This document shows, one piece after another, positions 29,101 through 40,837 of a stretch of 64,000 nt of DNA (within the stretch, counting starts at the first letter, position 1; every line of letters begins with the position of its first letter). The DNA lies in the NCBI RefSeq assembly GCF_000150275.1, contig NW_002060944.1:9574556-9638555 (forward strand), given 5' to 3'. The notes below the pieces were generated by a model. The model searched no databases, had not been told where the DNA came from, and saw only the letters and a program-made list of their open reading frames with translations. Position numbers and translations under genes: made by a program. This DNA comes from Trichoplax adhaerens. Lineage: Eukaryota; Animalia; Placozoa.

Positions 29101-32100
29101 ACAGAATTACTAAGTTGCAAACCGATATTTTCTCTTCATTGCAAGACCCAACTATTCTCTCAGCTCTGTATGCACGCACTTTATTACTATATATTCATCG
29201 TACCTTGCAACTCCTGCCTGTTCTTAATTTACTTTGTGGCTTATGATGATAGAAATATTTCCAATAATCGTCTAGAAAATATCGAACCCGACTTATTTAA
29301 TTCGATTTCAAGCTTAAAAGAATTGTAAGTAGCAACAGATAAAGAAAGCAAAGCACTACTAGTACCTATAATGAATTGATTCTAGCCCAGTAGTAAGAGC
29401 GATCTTCTTACTGTGCTTAAAAATCTACTTAATGACTGTTAGCAAGTTATTATGAATGAACCTCTTTTCTGAATTAGTCAAAATTGTTGTCTAATGGCAA
29501 GTATTATTAATGGAATGCTGTAATTGCTATTTAAATCGTAACATTTACAAATATTGGCTTTTACTTCTTAAAATACATTCAATGAACATGCACTGTATAG
29601 TAACGTTTGCTATAAATAAAGTTATACCCTAATTTACTGTACATTATAGAAACGAAAGTTACTAAAGCTTTTATAAAATTTATTTTTCATTGTTTGATCA
29701 GGATAATTCATAACAATCGTATTGATAAACTGGAATTTGTGAAACCGTTGCGTTACCTGAAAATACTGTAAGTTTGTGTTAATACTAATTGCAGTTACCA
29801 ACATTAATTGAAATTGGTATTTGTATGCTCTTGTAGGATATTATCAGTGACGCTATAACTATAATATAGTATTCGAATGTTAGAACCGATCTATTTGTTC
29901 ATATAGCTAATCATGTCTCAGTAGTATTGTTCGTCCAAAAAAACTTACGAAATTAAATTAAACTGCCAACGACTGAAGTCCAAACAAAATAAACTAGGGA
30001 AAAACACCAGTTTATTATAACTTTAACAACAATCTTAGCGAAACTTCTCAAATGAGCAACTAAATACGGGCAGAACTACTACCACAACCAACCAAACCAT
30101 CAATTAATGAGATGACTCATGATTATCCTAAGCTTTTCTTATCTTCTCACTAACTTACCGAACTATGCCATTTTTTATATGTTACGCAGAGCAGTTGGTG
30201 GTATTCGACTGTCCAACTATCATTCTAAAGTACTCCAAATTAAGCTAGTAATCAAACACACAAGATAAGATAAATTGTACCCTAGACTCCCGAAAATTAC
30301 TAAATTAATACTAAATATAGTTTAGCTTGAAACTGCACATTTCTGCAATATACACTATGACAAAATAGCAATCCGAGATCAAGTGCTTTAGGTTCATACT
30401 GTATGAAATTACAAAGTAACATCAACTTTTACCGTAATTAATGATCAAAATTAGCACACATATATTATATTAACTAAATACATCGCTTGAATTACAAAAT
30501 TATAATATATGTTTCTTAACAAAAATTATGCTACGGATTATATTAACTTCTAACCTGAATACAGCAGTCGAGTTTACAATATAACAAGATACTTAATAAA
30601 ATCTACTATTATAATCAACCAAATAATTCATATTTTTAAAGCAAGAATACTTATTATGATACAAAAACTAAGCTAGAATAGTTAAAATACAAGAACTTGA
30701 AGGAAAATTCTAAAAGTTGACCTTTCTTACATCTCTAAGTCAGTAAGAGGTAGTTTGTATTAGCATTGGCGTTTGTAGACTTGATTTCACTAATGGTATC
30801 TGAAATCGTGCATACACAATAGCTGGATTTCGGGCTTTAGCCGTAACGGCTATTCATGTATATTTGAAACTCGATTCGTGGCATTCTTTCATTTTAAATA
30901 AATCATTCAAATTACTCGTATTGGTTTAATTATAATTAAAATATGATACTATAATATGAAATATGTTTAGATCAGCTTCCAAAAATCGGATAAGGAACTT
31001 GAAAATTGGCCAATTTAAAAATTTCAGCAGTTTAACGCATTTGTAAGATTTGATATTTAGGAATATTTCCTAAAATTTAGACCCTAGATTACATGATATG
31101 TATATTTATAGCTAGTGAGGTATTTATAATATCTAACAGTAATTTCTCTGAATAATTGAATAAGATTTTTGAGCTACAACAAGCTAGAATCTCTTATAAA
31201 TGACATATTCAAAGGATGTAAGAATATGCAATACCTGTAAGTTGAAATGTATTAATAGAGCTATTTAGTTATTCTCTTCATTTTACTACGACATGCTATC
31301 TCTTTAGTGTGAACTGCATTTAACTTTATTCCTAATTTTATTGTTTTACTAACTTATCGTAAGGATGTTAGACCATAACCAAATTACAGTTATAGAAAAT
31401 CGATCATTTCTTGGTTTATCAAAGTTGATTACTCTGTAGGTTTCGGGCCTTCCTTCAATAGATATATCATAAAGATATTGTATGCAGAATCTAACGCCTT
31501 TATTTTAATCTGGTAGAGATATTAGCTATAATCGTATAATCTCTTTGAATGGAATTTTCCTCCAAGATTTAAATCTCTTAAATTTTTTGTAAGTTGTTAT
31601 TTCGTTGGTTACATACGAATACGTTTTAACTTTGTTTCATTAGCTTTCAATACCGTAGAGCTGTGTTCTTTGAAGCTAAAAACTATTTTTTAAAATTTGA
31701 CTTGTTGGCAAGTAACCTATACCATACATGAAATAATTTCATTACGCTTCCTTTATTAATATAAACATTCCTTACTTTGTGTAATTATGAATTTTGTTTA
31801 AAATTTATAGAAATTGTAATGGAAATCGGATTTCTTCCATCGCTGGAGCCCCATTCTATAATTTAACAAAAGTGACAACTTTGTATGTCCATTAGCAATT
31901 TTACATAGGTTTTGTAACAGATACTATATATATTTACCTTACCGAATGCAATAATGTTAAACATAAAAAGATTTTGTATAAGTGGATAAGTGTTGACTAC
32001 AGGTCCTTGGATTATAATTACTTGAGGAAGATTGCAAATGACAGCTTTACCAATTTGATTAAAATACGTAAACTGTAAGCAAATACGTAGTTTACCCAAA

Positions 32101-35100
32101 GATTGCTCAAAATTTAAGGCTTGTTAGACAGTCTAAAACTCTAACTATTCTGAATATTTTTATCTTAACTGTAGATCAATAAATTATAATAAACTAGAAA
32201 GTTTATCCTGTAACTCAATTTACAAAACCATTCAAGAATTGTAAGTAAAATCACGTATTATTACCAATGCTGCTGGTTGATGTCTTTAAAATAACAATAA
32301 CACTTACGCTCCTATCCATTAGCTGTTTAATTAAAATTTTCAATATTTTGAGTGCAAGTAACTGTATTCATTTACAAAAGAAGTATAGGTACCGTATTTC
32401 TTAAAGATAATTTAATGTTTTCAATTTACTGTAAAAGTATGCTGAATTAACTCTAGCTCAAGCACTCCCTTTTTGCCCTAAAATTGATGTTATGCTGACA
32501 ATGTTAACTCTATGCAAAGCTAATTAATGAATTTCACTTAGAGGATTTTACTCTGAACAAATCATCCTGCATTATCGCATCTGATACTTTAATATAACTA
32601 TAAACTAATAAATTTCTATCATTTAACGCAAAATTTAGAAGTGTTAGTCACAATAATATTTCCTATATATCACTTAGTTGTGATAAGACGTTTGGCAGCT
32701 TAACACTAAGATTGTAAGTACTAGCTTTCTTTTAAATATTAAGATGTTTGCTTCAATATTTGTCTACATCTGTGACAGTGTTATATGCTGTATTAGAGTA
32801 GAAATATCTATGTTAGAATAATTCTGTTAGCCCATCCATATTTAGTTAACTTCTAATTTGGATATACTGTGTTTTAATATAGCATTGACTTTTTATGACA
32901 GTTACACATATACACATACTGAAATTAATAGTTAAAATAGGGAATGTAAATCATCTACTTACAGTTCGAATCATTGTGATAGTAACTTACTTATAGTAGA
33001 TTGTAAATTATCGAGGAAATGTTCCGTGATAGGACATATCATAATCTGACTATTCTGTATTAGTCATCAGATGTCTATGTTCATAAATACTGTTGTCTGT
33101 ATTAAGAGAGCAGTAGCTAAAATTATATCTAATTCAGTAAATGATTCCAAAGTCAATCGTACTAACTATGACTCTTGAACTATTGAGGAAGAGTATATAA
33201 ATGCAGTATATCGCGTAATAAAGGGGATTCTCAAACTTAGTGTTTAACGTAAAAATACGAGGTGTTTAAGTCTATGAGTAGTCTGCTAGTAAAGCAAAAG
33301 TGTTTCTGATAGTGCAGGTATCGTTCCTTGATGCATGGTTCAAGGAATTGCCTTATAGATCGTACATTACGTTATCTTGTTGCAATGCTGTTTTATGACA
33401 ACATCTTATTTTTGCATTAATTTAGAAAATATTAAGATTAATAATAGAAATATCATGTTATCATATTTTGACTTCAAGAATTCTATCAGTAATTTAGTAT
33501 GCCAATAAATTAGTAGTAAGCTATTAACTAAATTAGTAAAGGTATTATTCATTTGTATTCGTACTGCCTATATTCCACACGAGTTTCACTTCGGCAACTG
33601 CCACCTTAAGGCAATATCAATTTTTTAGATTATAAAATTTAAGAATTACCATAACAAATAATAATTAAAATTTTTAAGTTATAAAATTTCATGTTTAATA
33701 TTTCTAGTTGTAATAGTTGTATAAATATTGTCAATATTCTATTTTCAGAGATATTAGCTATAATAATTTAGTAAGAAATGGAATCAGTTTAAATGAACAG
33801 ATCTTGTTCAAACTGATAAAGCTACCTCCTACTTTGTAAGTGTAAAAAAATTAAAAATATTAAGTTATAACTAAGTTTAAAATTGCATGTTTAGATGCTA
33901 CGGTAACATTTTGTAAGCATATTTTAGATCATATTTGTCTATTTTTGACATGCTCCATGGATAACATCAAATACGTGTATACAGAATATTGGCAGGCAAT
34001 GGCATTACATCCATACCACAATCATTTTTTAGATGGAATCTCTATCTGAGAGCACTGTGAGTGATACTCATAACTATTAAATTGACTCCATTTTAAATAC
34101 ATTTTAGTTAATATTCAATTAGATTAAAGATTCACTAGAGCATTGCATTTTCATACATATAATAAATTTATTTTTATTGCCGTTGCATTCAGTGGGCAGA
34201 TATAAATAGATTTTATTAGTATCTAAATTGTGAAAAGGCTGTCTCTGAAAATTCTGATATTATATTATCGTAATTCAAGTCGTTAATTCATTTTAGGTAT
34301 TAAATTATTACCATTTCAAATTTTAGATCCATAGGTCATAACAACATGTCACTGTCCACTATTAAGCAAACTATTCGAGGACTTTATGTTACCGATCTCT
34401 GCATACCACCACTAGTATCTTCAACAGGGAATAAATTTAAATGCTTTGATTATGCTATGTAGGTGGTTAAGCTGTCTATTATTCTGTATTACAATTTTAA
34501 ATTCAACAACTAAATTTGAAAGCCTGATACTGATACTTAATAGAAATTTTTTTAGGCATAATTAGCATTTTCTATTGCCTTCATTTATTTCTGATTATTA
34601 CAGCGACTTAAGCAACTGTAAATTGCAAGAAATTCCTGTTGATATTTTCGTTCATCTAAATGGCTTTTTGAAAGTATTGTAAGTTGAAGTAGCTAAAATG
34701 AAATCTATAGATTACTCATACTAATTCATTAGCGAATATACTGGTAATTTTTAAGACTTTCTATCGTAATTAGAAGCCCTTAGGAAAGAAATGATGGTGT
34801 TAAGTTAAAATTATTTATATAATTATTAGCAATAGTAGTTTGCTTGGTAGCTTATAAAATGTAGAATTAATAGGAAATACTTAAACTCCTTTATAATGAT
34901 GAAATTTTCCAATTACCAACATTTTACAAGAATTTTTTCCAATTTTACTATTTGATAATGACGAAATCTGTTATTTTTACGGTAATAGATCTTACTGATT
35001 AGTCAATTAACCAAGTGCAAAACAATGTTAAACAAACCGAATTCAATAAGATTACATGATTTTGTCATAAAATTTCTATTTTAGATTTAGATTGCTGATA

Positions 35101-38100
35101 AAACTTCCTGAGTAATATCAATATACATCCAACTTTTGCTAATTTGAATTTAGATCTTATGTACCATAGCATTAGCCATGCTAAGGACTACTCCATAATT
35201 TTTATCCAGTCCAAATCCAAATTCATAAAATGCCTAGCAATAAGAAGAAAATACGTAACCCTGAACGGACTCTACAATACAAATATTTGAGTCCGTTCAG
35301 AATCCCGCTTTTTCTTATTTTGGAATGTTGTGAATTTGGACTGGTGTTACAGTGTTAAATACTGTATTACAGTAGAAATAACTATGTTAGGATAATTCTG
35401 TTAGACTATCCTTATTTAGTTAACTTCTAATTTGGATATACTGTATTTTAATATAGCACTGACTTTTTATGACAGTGACACTTATACACATACTGAAATT
35501 ATAATAGTTATAATAGGGAATGCAAATCATCTGCTTACAGTTCGAATCATGTNNNNNNNNNNNNNNNNNNNNNNNNNNNNNNNNNNNNNNNNNNNNNNNN
35601 NNTAAAATTAATATCTAATTCAGTAAATGATTCTAATGTTAATTGTATTAACTATGACTCATGAACTATTGAGGAATAGTATATAAATGCAGTATATCGT
35701 GAAATAAAGAAGAATTGTCCAACTTAGTGTTTAACGTAAAATACGAGGCGTTTAAGTCTTTGTGTAGTCTGCTAGTAGAGCAAAAGTGTTTGTGATAGTG
35801 CAGATATCGTTCCTTGATACGTGGTTCAAGGAATTGACTTATTGATCGTATATTGCGTTATCTTGTTGCAAAGCTGTTTTGTGACAACTGGATAAAATTA
35901 TGGAGCAGTCCCTAGCCATGCAAAGTGCAAAAGCTTTCATATTAATGATTTATTAGTCTAATCTGAAGTTTAGAAATAGTTTTCATTACTAATATGTAAA
36001 ATCGTGACTGCGTTTAAAATAAGTAAAGCCTTTTTACATATTTTACCCATCTAATTTGTCTAATCAGCTAATGTTATATAATGCACGATTGTAGTTGGCT
36101 ATTGAGAAAATGATTGCTTTATACCTGTCTAGCTTTTAGCTCCATATTGCAAAGAATATGCATTGTCTGTAGCGCAATTAATCTTTTCTTCTCTCAATTT
36201 CGGTTATAAATTCCCCTTACATACTATATTATTACTTATTTTCGCCAAGCAGTAATTATATTACATCCTTTAAATTAGAATCTGTTCATTGATTGGCATT
36301 TAAGTGTTTAACAGTGTAATTGTACTTGCACATAATATTAAGATGAAAACTTACAATTTATTCTCCTCCACAAACGGACCACACTTTACGAATAATTCTT
36401 GATATTATTTCTTTTTATACATCAGAAAATTAAATTATAACCGCATAAAAGATGTCGATGCATCAGCAATATTTCGAGGAAGCAACTACAATTTACAAGA
36501 ACTGTAAGTTACTTCCTATATCATTCTTACATTTCCACGCATTCTAACGGCAATTTATTAAATTGATCTGGTATAATTGCTATAGAGTACTTAAGTTAAT
36601 TGTTAGCAGAATATTGTTCATAGATAAATAGAAAAATTAACTCAGATATTCTTTTCTGATATAGGCACTTAACCCATAACCAAATAGCTAACTTTACTAA
36701 TCCGAACAACGTACAATTTAACGCGCTTCGATTGCTGTAAGTGTTGCATTTATCTTTAATACAAATTTCAAGATCGTGTAGTCAATTAATTTTTGATGTC
36801 ACAATTTTATGTTTATTAGCAATTTAAAGCAAAATCAATTATCAAGCATCTGTGGCAGATCAGATTTGCTAGCAATAGCACCTAACCTAGTAGAGCTGTA
36901 TGTATTCTTTTTAAATATTTTCTGGATAAGTGGTTTAACTAATTAACTTATGACTTAAATTTCCGTAGAAACTTGGATTTCAATCAAGTCCGAATTCTAA
37001 CAAGCAGATGCTTTAGAGCACTTTCCAATTTACAGAAACTGTATGCATTGGTATTCGTTCGATTTATTAATTTCAAAATCTTTAGCTTTAAAATTCTATT
37101 TAAGCAAGCATGCTTAAATTGGCTGTTAAATTCATATAAGTCAAGTTACATTTCATTTGCTTATAGGTCAATAATATCAAATCCGTTAGTAATTTTAAAA
37201 GGTATTTCATTCTATGGATCTGCTACATTAACTTCAATGTAAGTAAGCCTACATTAATTACAGTTTTAATTCATTTAAATCGAAGTATTAATAAGTGTAG
37301 TAGAAATTTAGCCTCAATGTATGGTCAATTTAATTAAGCTTTTTGTTAAGCCTTGTGAAAAAAGTTTTCATATTGTAAAAAAAAACTTAATCAGCTATAC
37401 GGATTCACTAATTATGCCAAGAACTTGACATCGATTACAACGATATTATATCAATAGTTCATTAAATGAAAATATCATGCTAAAAATTTTCATATGCAAG
37501 TTCGCCATTTATCGAAAATAACTTCTGATATTGAGAGTCATAATTGGATAACAAATGAAGTTAGATTTCAGATTACCTCATAATTTTACATCTAAAATTT
37601 GTACAAATTTGCTTTAATATTTAATATCTAAAATCCTTAGAGGCTTTAATCTCAAACCTTTTAATCATGTTCATTTTCAAGTTTATGCTTTTTTATATTT
37701 TTAACCCAATATCCGTCATTAGAGCTTCCTCACGTGCTTATTTATGCTGTACAGTACCAGCTAAGATTACTGCGTGCACACCAGTTCCCGATTTAGATTC
37801 AGCATCAAGTTGTGAAAATATTCTCGCTCATACCTCTTTACAATTAGCTGTATGGGTTATGGGCATCACTGCTTTCGTTGGAAATATCCTTGTCATGTTT
37901 AAAATTCGTGCTAATAAAGATCGCAAAACAAGTAAGGCTACTGATCTAGTCTTTAACAGCTTAGCTCTATCCGATTTTTTAATGTCCATATACCTGTTTA
38001 TTATTGCTGTTGGTGATATAATTTATCGCGATCGTTATGCTCAATATGCAGAAGAGTGGCTGAGCAGTCCAGCATGTGTTATTGCATCATTTTTAGTGTG

Positions 38101-38719
38101 TACATCAAGTTTAATGTCGGTTAGTATGATGCTGTTTATTGCCATCGATCGTTATTCCCTCGTTGTAAATCCATTTTCATCCGACGGAAGATATAAGCGA
38201 ACTAAGACATCATTATTAATAGGATGGTTGCTGACTTGTATTTTCGTCGGTGTACCGATTATTATGGGTATTAATGAAACTGGAGATATGCGTTTATATC
38301 AGTTTAGTTCTATTTGCTCTCCAAGTAATCTAGACAATACATTCTATAGTGGTTGGATAGCTGTATTTGTAGCATTACAAATAATATGTTGGATATCAAC
38401 CGTAATTATTTATTTGTTCTTATTAATGACGGTCGGTAAATCGCAGCGCTCAGTTCGTAGCAATGCCCGATCTCGTAATTATGCTATTGCTATCCGAATA
38501 TCGCTTATTTTAATTACAGACTTGGTCGCTTGGCTACCCATCTATGCTATTTCTGTTATTGCTTTGATTAATGGCACCATCAATATATTTGTACTACAGT
38601 TTGCGGTTATTTTGGCAATACCATTAAATTCAGCGATTAATCCATATATTTATACAGCAACTGGAACGGCATGTTTTCTTCGATTAACTACTATTACGAG
38701 TAAAAAATCTTCGTCATGA
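8027..38719 (+). CDS. Giant leucine-rich-repeat GPCR (LGR family, RXFP/type-C-like hinge and 7TM), ~67 exons, ~2,000 aa
   Basis: Signal exon 8027-8114 (MTSTRLMMMKISIISICYIILQFNLLQAS); LRRNT exon 9987-10101 (QCPQECRCRSRTTITCC); about 64 phase-2/phase-2 exons of mostly 72 or 75 nt from 10307-10378 to 37167-37238, each one LRR (e.g. 12844-12915 YLGNNKIQRISDGVFAGLNSLRTL; 26453-26524 YLTSNEIDGIDEEAFTGLDALTNL); terminal exon 37723-38719 with hinge YLCC..CTPVPDLDSASSCENIL, TM3 IAIDRY, TM6 TDLVAWLPI and TM7 PLNSAINPYIY. Confidence 0.88.
9987..10101 (+). CDS. LRR-GPCR exon 2 (LRRNT cap)
   Basis: cctag|...|gtacgt; CPQECRC-x7-C pattern followed by IPMVNVTEL leading into the first LRR. Confidence 0.85.
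10307..19939 (+). CDS. LRR-GPCR exons 3-23: mostly alternating 72-nt / 75-nt LRR exons
   Basis: Exons 10307-10378, 10498-10569, 11079-11153, 11626-11697, 11890-11964, 12315-12386, 12562-12636, 12844-12915, 13098-13172, 14853-14924, 15347-15421, 15554-15625, 15789-15863, 16567-16638, 17784-17855, 17992-18066, 18291-18362, 18545-18616, 18970-19041, 19210-19284, 19868-19939; all AG..GT, phase 2, LxxNxL/I consensus. Confidence 0.88.
11373..11540. repeat. Diverged tandem repeat, 2 copies of ~89 bp
   Basis: TACGATAATACTAAG..CTCATCTTAC..TAAAGTAATAC.AGCAGCA.CTAG.AGATAT at 11373 and again at 11462. Confidence 0.7.
13431..14018. mobile_element. Solo LTR related to family B (588 bp)
   Basis: TGTCACAA...CGTACCGTGACGCA termini, TSD CGACT (13426-13430 / 14019-14023); shares terminal motifs with 22941-23373. 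Confidence 0.75.
17078..17222. repeat. Interspersed repeat shared with 29847-29919 plus ~30732-30803
   Basis: GTGACGCTATAA.TATA..ATAGTATTCG...ATATAGCTAATC and TAAGT.AGTAAG..TTGGCGT.TGTAGACT are contiguous here but separated by ~810 bp in the second copy. Confidence 0.6.
20785..37238 (+). CDS. LRR-GPCR exons 24-66: ~43 further single-LRR exons (66-132 nt, all 3n)
   Basis: Examples: 20785-20856 QLSKNEIHNLRNISFMGLNRLTTL, 22275-22346 YLFDNEISLIKPGSFANLNNLRFI, 27143-27214 YLRSNRIEFIQPDAFYGLNNMKEI, 29253-29324 NISNNRLENIEPDLFNSISSLKEL, 31364-31435 MLDHNQITVIENRSFLGLSKLITL, 34327-34458 (132 nt, Cys-containing), 36969-37040 NLDFNQVRILTSRCFRALSNLQKL. Confidence 0.85.
22582..23414. mobile_element. LTR family A variant (short 5' part) hosting a nested LTR
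   Basis: TGAGA...TGACA termini, TSD ATACC (22577-22581 / 23415-23419); 22607-22940 and 23374-23414 align to the 3' half of family A. Confidence 0.8.
22941..23373. mobile_element. Nested solo LTR, family B (433 bp)
   Basis: TGTCAC...CGTACCGTGACA termini, TSD ATCGT on both sides. Confidence 0.85.
32771..33400. mobile_element. Solo LTR, family A (630 bp), in an LRR-GPCR intron
   Basis: TGTGA...TGACA termini, TSD ACATC on both sides; colinear with 5996-6625. Confidence 0.9.
35182..35914. mobile_element. MITE (possibly hAT-like) with ~35-bp terminal inverted repeats, interrupted by LTR-A
   Basis: Left TAAGGACTACTCCATAATTTTTATCCAGTCCAAAT versus reverse complement of the right end TAGGGACTGCTCCATAATTTTATCCAGTCCAAAT (after removing the LTR); internal inverted repeat CTGAACGGACTC/GAGTCCGTTCAG; flanking duplication (A)GCCATGC, 7-8 bp. 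Confidence 0.8.
35345..35886. mobile_element. LTR family A copy spanning an assembly gap, inserted in a MITE
   Basis: TGTTA...TGACA termini, TSD ACTGG; near-identical to 5996-6625 on both sides of the N-run. Confidence 0.85.
37723..38719 (+). CDS. LRR-GPCR terminal exon: hinge plus 7 transmembrane domain (rhodopsin class)
   Basis: Inside the 350-aa ORF 37667-38719; the likely acceptor cattag at 37722 joins in phase 2; seven hydrophobic segments, DRY and NPxxY motifs, short C-tail. Confidence 0.95.
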
Positions 38720-40837
38720 TTTCTAAACCAAGAAGAAATGGTCTTGTGATGACATATGAGGCAAACTAGACATTATAGGTTCGTATTTTTTTAATTCGAA
38801 ACTCTTGTTGCGATGTAGTACCATAGTTTGTATAGTGTCTACAATATAAGAAATGACAAAACCATGCTTACATTGTACTTACTAGTATGCGAATTAATAT
38901 GCTATTGTAGCTTAAGATAAGCCATTCTTCATTCGAAAAATGACAGAGATAAAGGTTATTTGCAATATGATATACCACTACTGGCCAGTAAGACTTGAAA
39001 TGGCGTCCATAATCTATATAAGATTACACTTTAAAAATAAATTCAACTCTACATCTAATTACGTTATTAAGGTGATTCTGGTGATGATTGGATCAATCAT
39101 ATGATTAAAATAACTGATTAATAAGGTGTCTTCTGTTAAGAAAGCTGTCCATTCATAATTGCATTTGTTGCTTTAAACTAGTTGACTTTGATAGACTAGT
39201 GAATTAACCGAATAAAATCGTTCCAGATTAAAGTATAGAGTGACCATTGATTGTGAGCTTTATAAAAAGGCACGGGAGTTCTTAGGCGTTGTGGTAATAG
39301 TACGATATTTTTACTAGATGTTACGCAGATTTGGCTAGCCATCTAATAAAATAACTAAACGTTAGTGCTTTACGCTAGTCAATCAAACTTTTCAGGAAAT
39401 AATTCGCAAGAGTTGGAAACGCAAAATGAGGATAAGGTCTTCATGACTTATCCAATATTGTAATGGAAGTTCTCATGATGGCATAAGAATTCTTAGTGAC
39501 TTTAGCACATGGTCTAATTTGATATCGTATGACTGGAACTTTGAAGAATATAATCAAGAGAAGCAGCTTCATATCTCTACCGTGAATTGTAAAATATCAC
39601 CTTTCGAAGAGTTTATTAAATAACAGTTAATCTCGTTTATACGAAGGTCCAATGTTTGCAATATATTTAAAAGTCACTATTATAACGTAGTTATGTATGC
39701 AATAGTTAGTGCCTTAAACGCTTAGTGTATACAAATAGCGTTATTAAAGATTTAGCAGGACTTGAATCTTTAAATATTGGCATATTGTAATCGCCAAGCT
39801 AATGAGTGTTGTAGCGCAAAATAGTTTTACACCGCTTACTCGGAACGTCAATATTATACAGCTGGAAATGCATAGAGTAGATTCAAGTAATAATATGTCT
39901 GTATTTATAAACTTTAGATATTTTAAATCATAATCATTATTCACTGCTTGAATTTTAGGTCGTTTATTTTCTCAGTCATTAATAGATTATAAAAGCAACG
40001 TCATTATTATAAATTCAGTTCCTTGATGATAAATAACTGCGCTTATAAAGATATCATATTTAATGAAATTAAATAGGTTTTCAGTTAGTAACTCCTACAA
40101 TAGTGTCTAAATTAAGTGAGTGCATGGAGCTTATTAGCTAGTTTAGTTAGGTTTTGGCTATACCAACTTTAGTTAATAGTTAAGGAAGGAACTGATCACA
40201 ATAATTAATATGTGGTTTACTTTTCTTGAAAAACTTAATATTTTTTACCAGCTACTATAAAGCATAGTATTATATGTCAATCCATCCTTATCTTTTATTA
40301 CTTCAAGATGGGAAAGTCTAATTAAGTAAAATTAGTGGAAGTCTCTATAGCAATGGAACAGTTTACATTAGTAAAATCACTTTACATATAAGTGAATACT
40401 AACAAAGACAACAGAATTCGATTCTATTTTTAGAAGAGCAGACTTACATTCTGTAAGTCAAATCTGTAAAATATAACCTAAAAGGTAAATCCAAAACAGA
40501 TAAATCTACAAAGCAAATCTAAAAGCTAAATCAACACTAAAAGTTTTATAGGTTCAATAAGTAATACAATATAATATGGCCTATTTTCTGTGCTACAGTA
40601 TGTGATTCTTTCGTAGAAGTAGTTCATTAAAATAGAGATAAAATGAATCTTTTGGATACAATATTGTAGTAAAAGTGAATTAATCATATAGCGCTAAATC
40701 GATGCAATTAATCAATGGACCGAAAAGCTATCTATATTATGCAAGTTAATAATATTACAGTAAACGTAACTGCAATCAGTAAAATGGTATTCCTAATAAG
40801 AATGTTAAGAAAATATCCTGTTGTTATATTTACAACG

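Noticed and set aside
12526-32099. Minus-strand ORFs at 12526, 24132 and 31863
   Set aside because: Antisense shadows of LRR exons and introns.
37667-37722. ORF-track start of the 350-aa GPCR (MFIFKFMLFYIFNPISV)
   Set aside because: This is the intron's polypyrimidine tract; the exon most likely starts at 37723.
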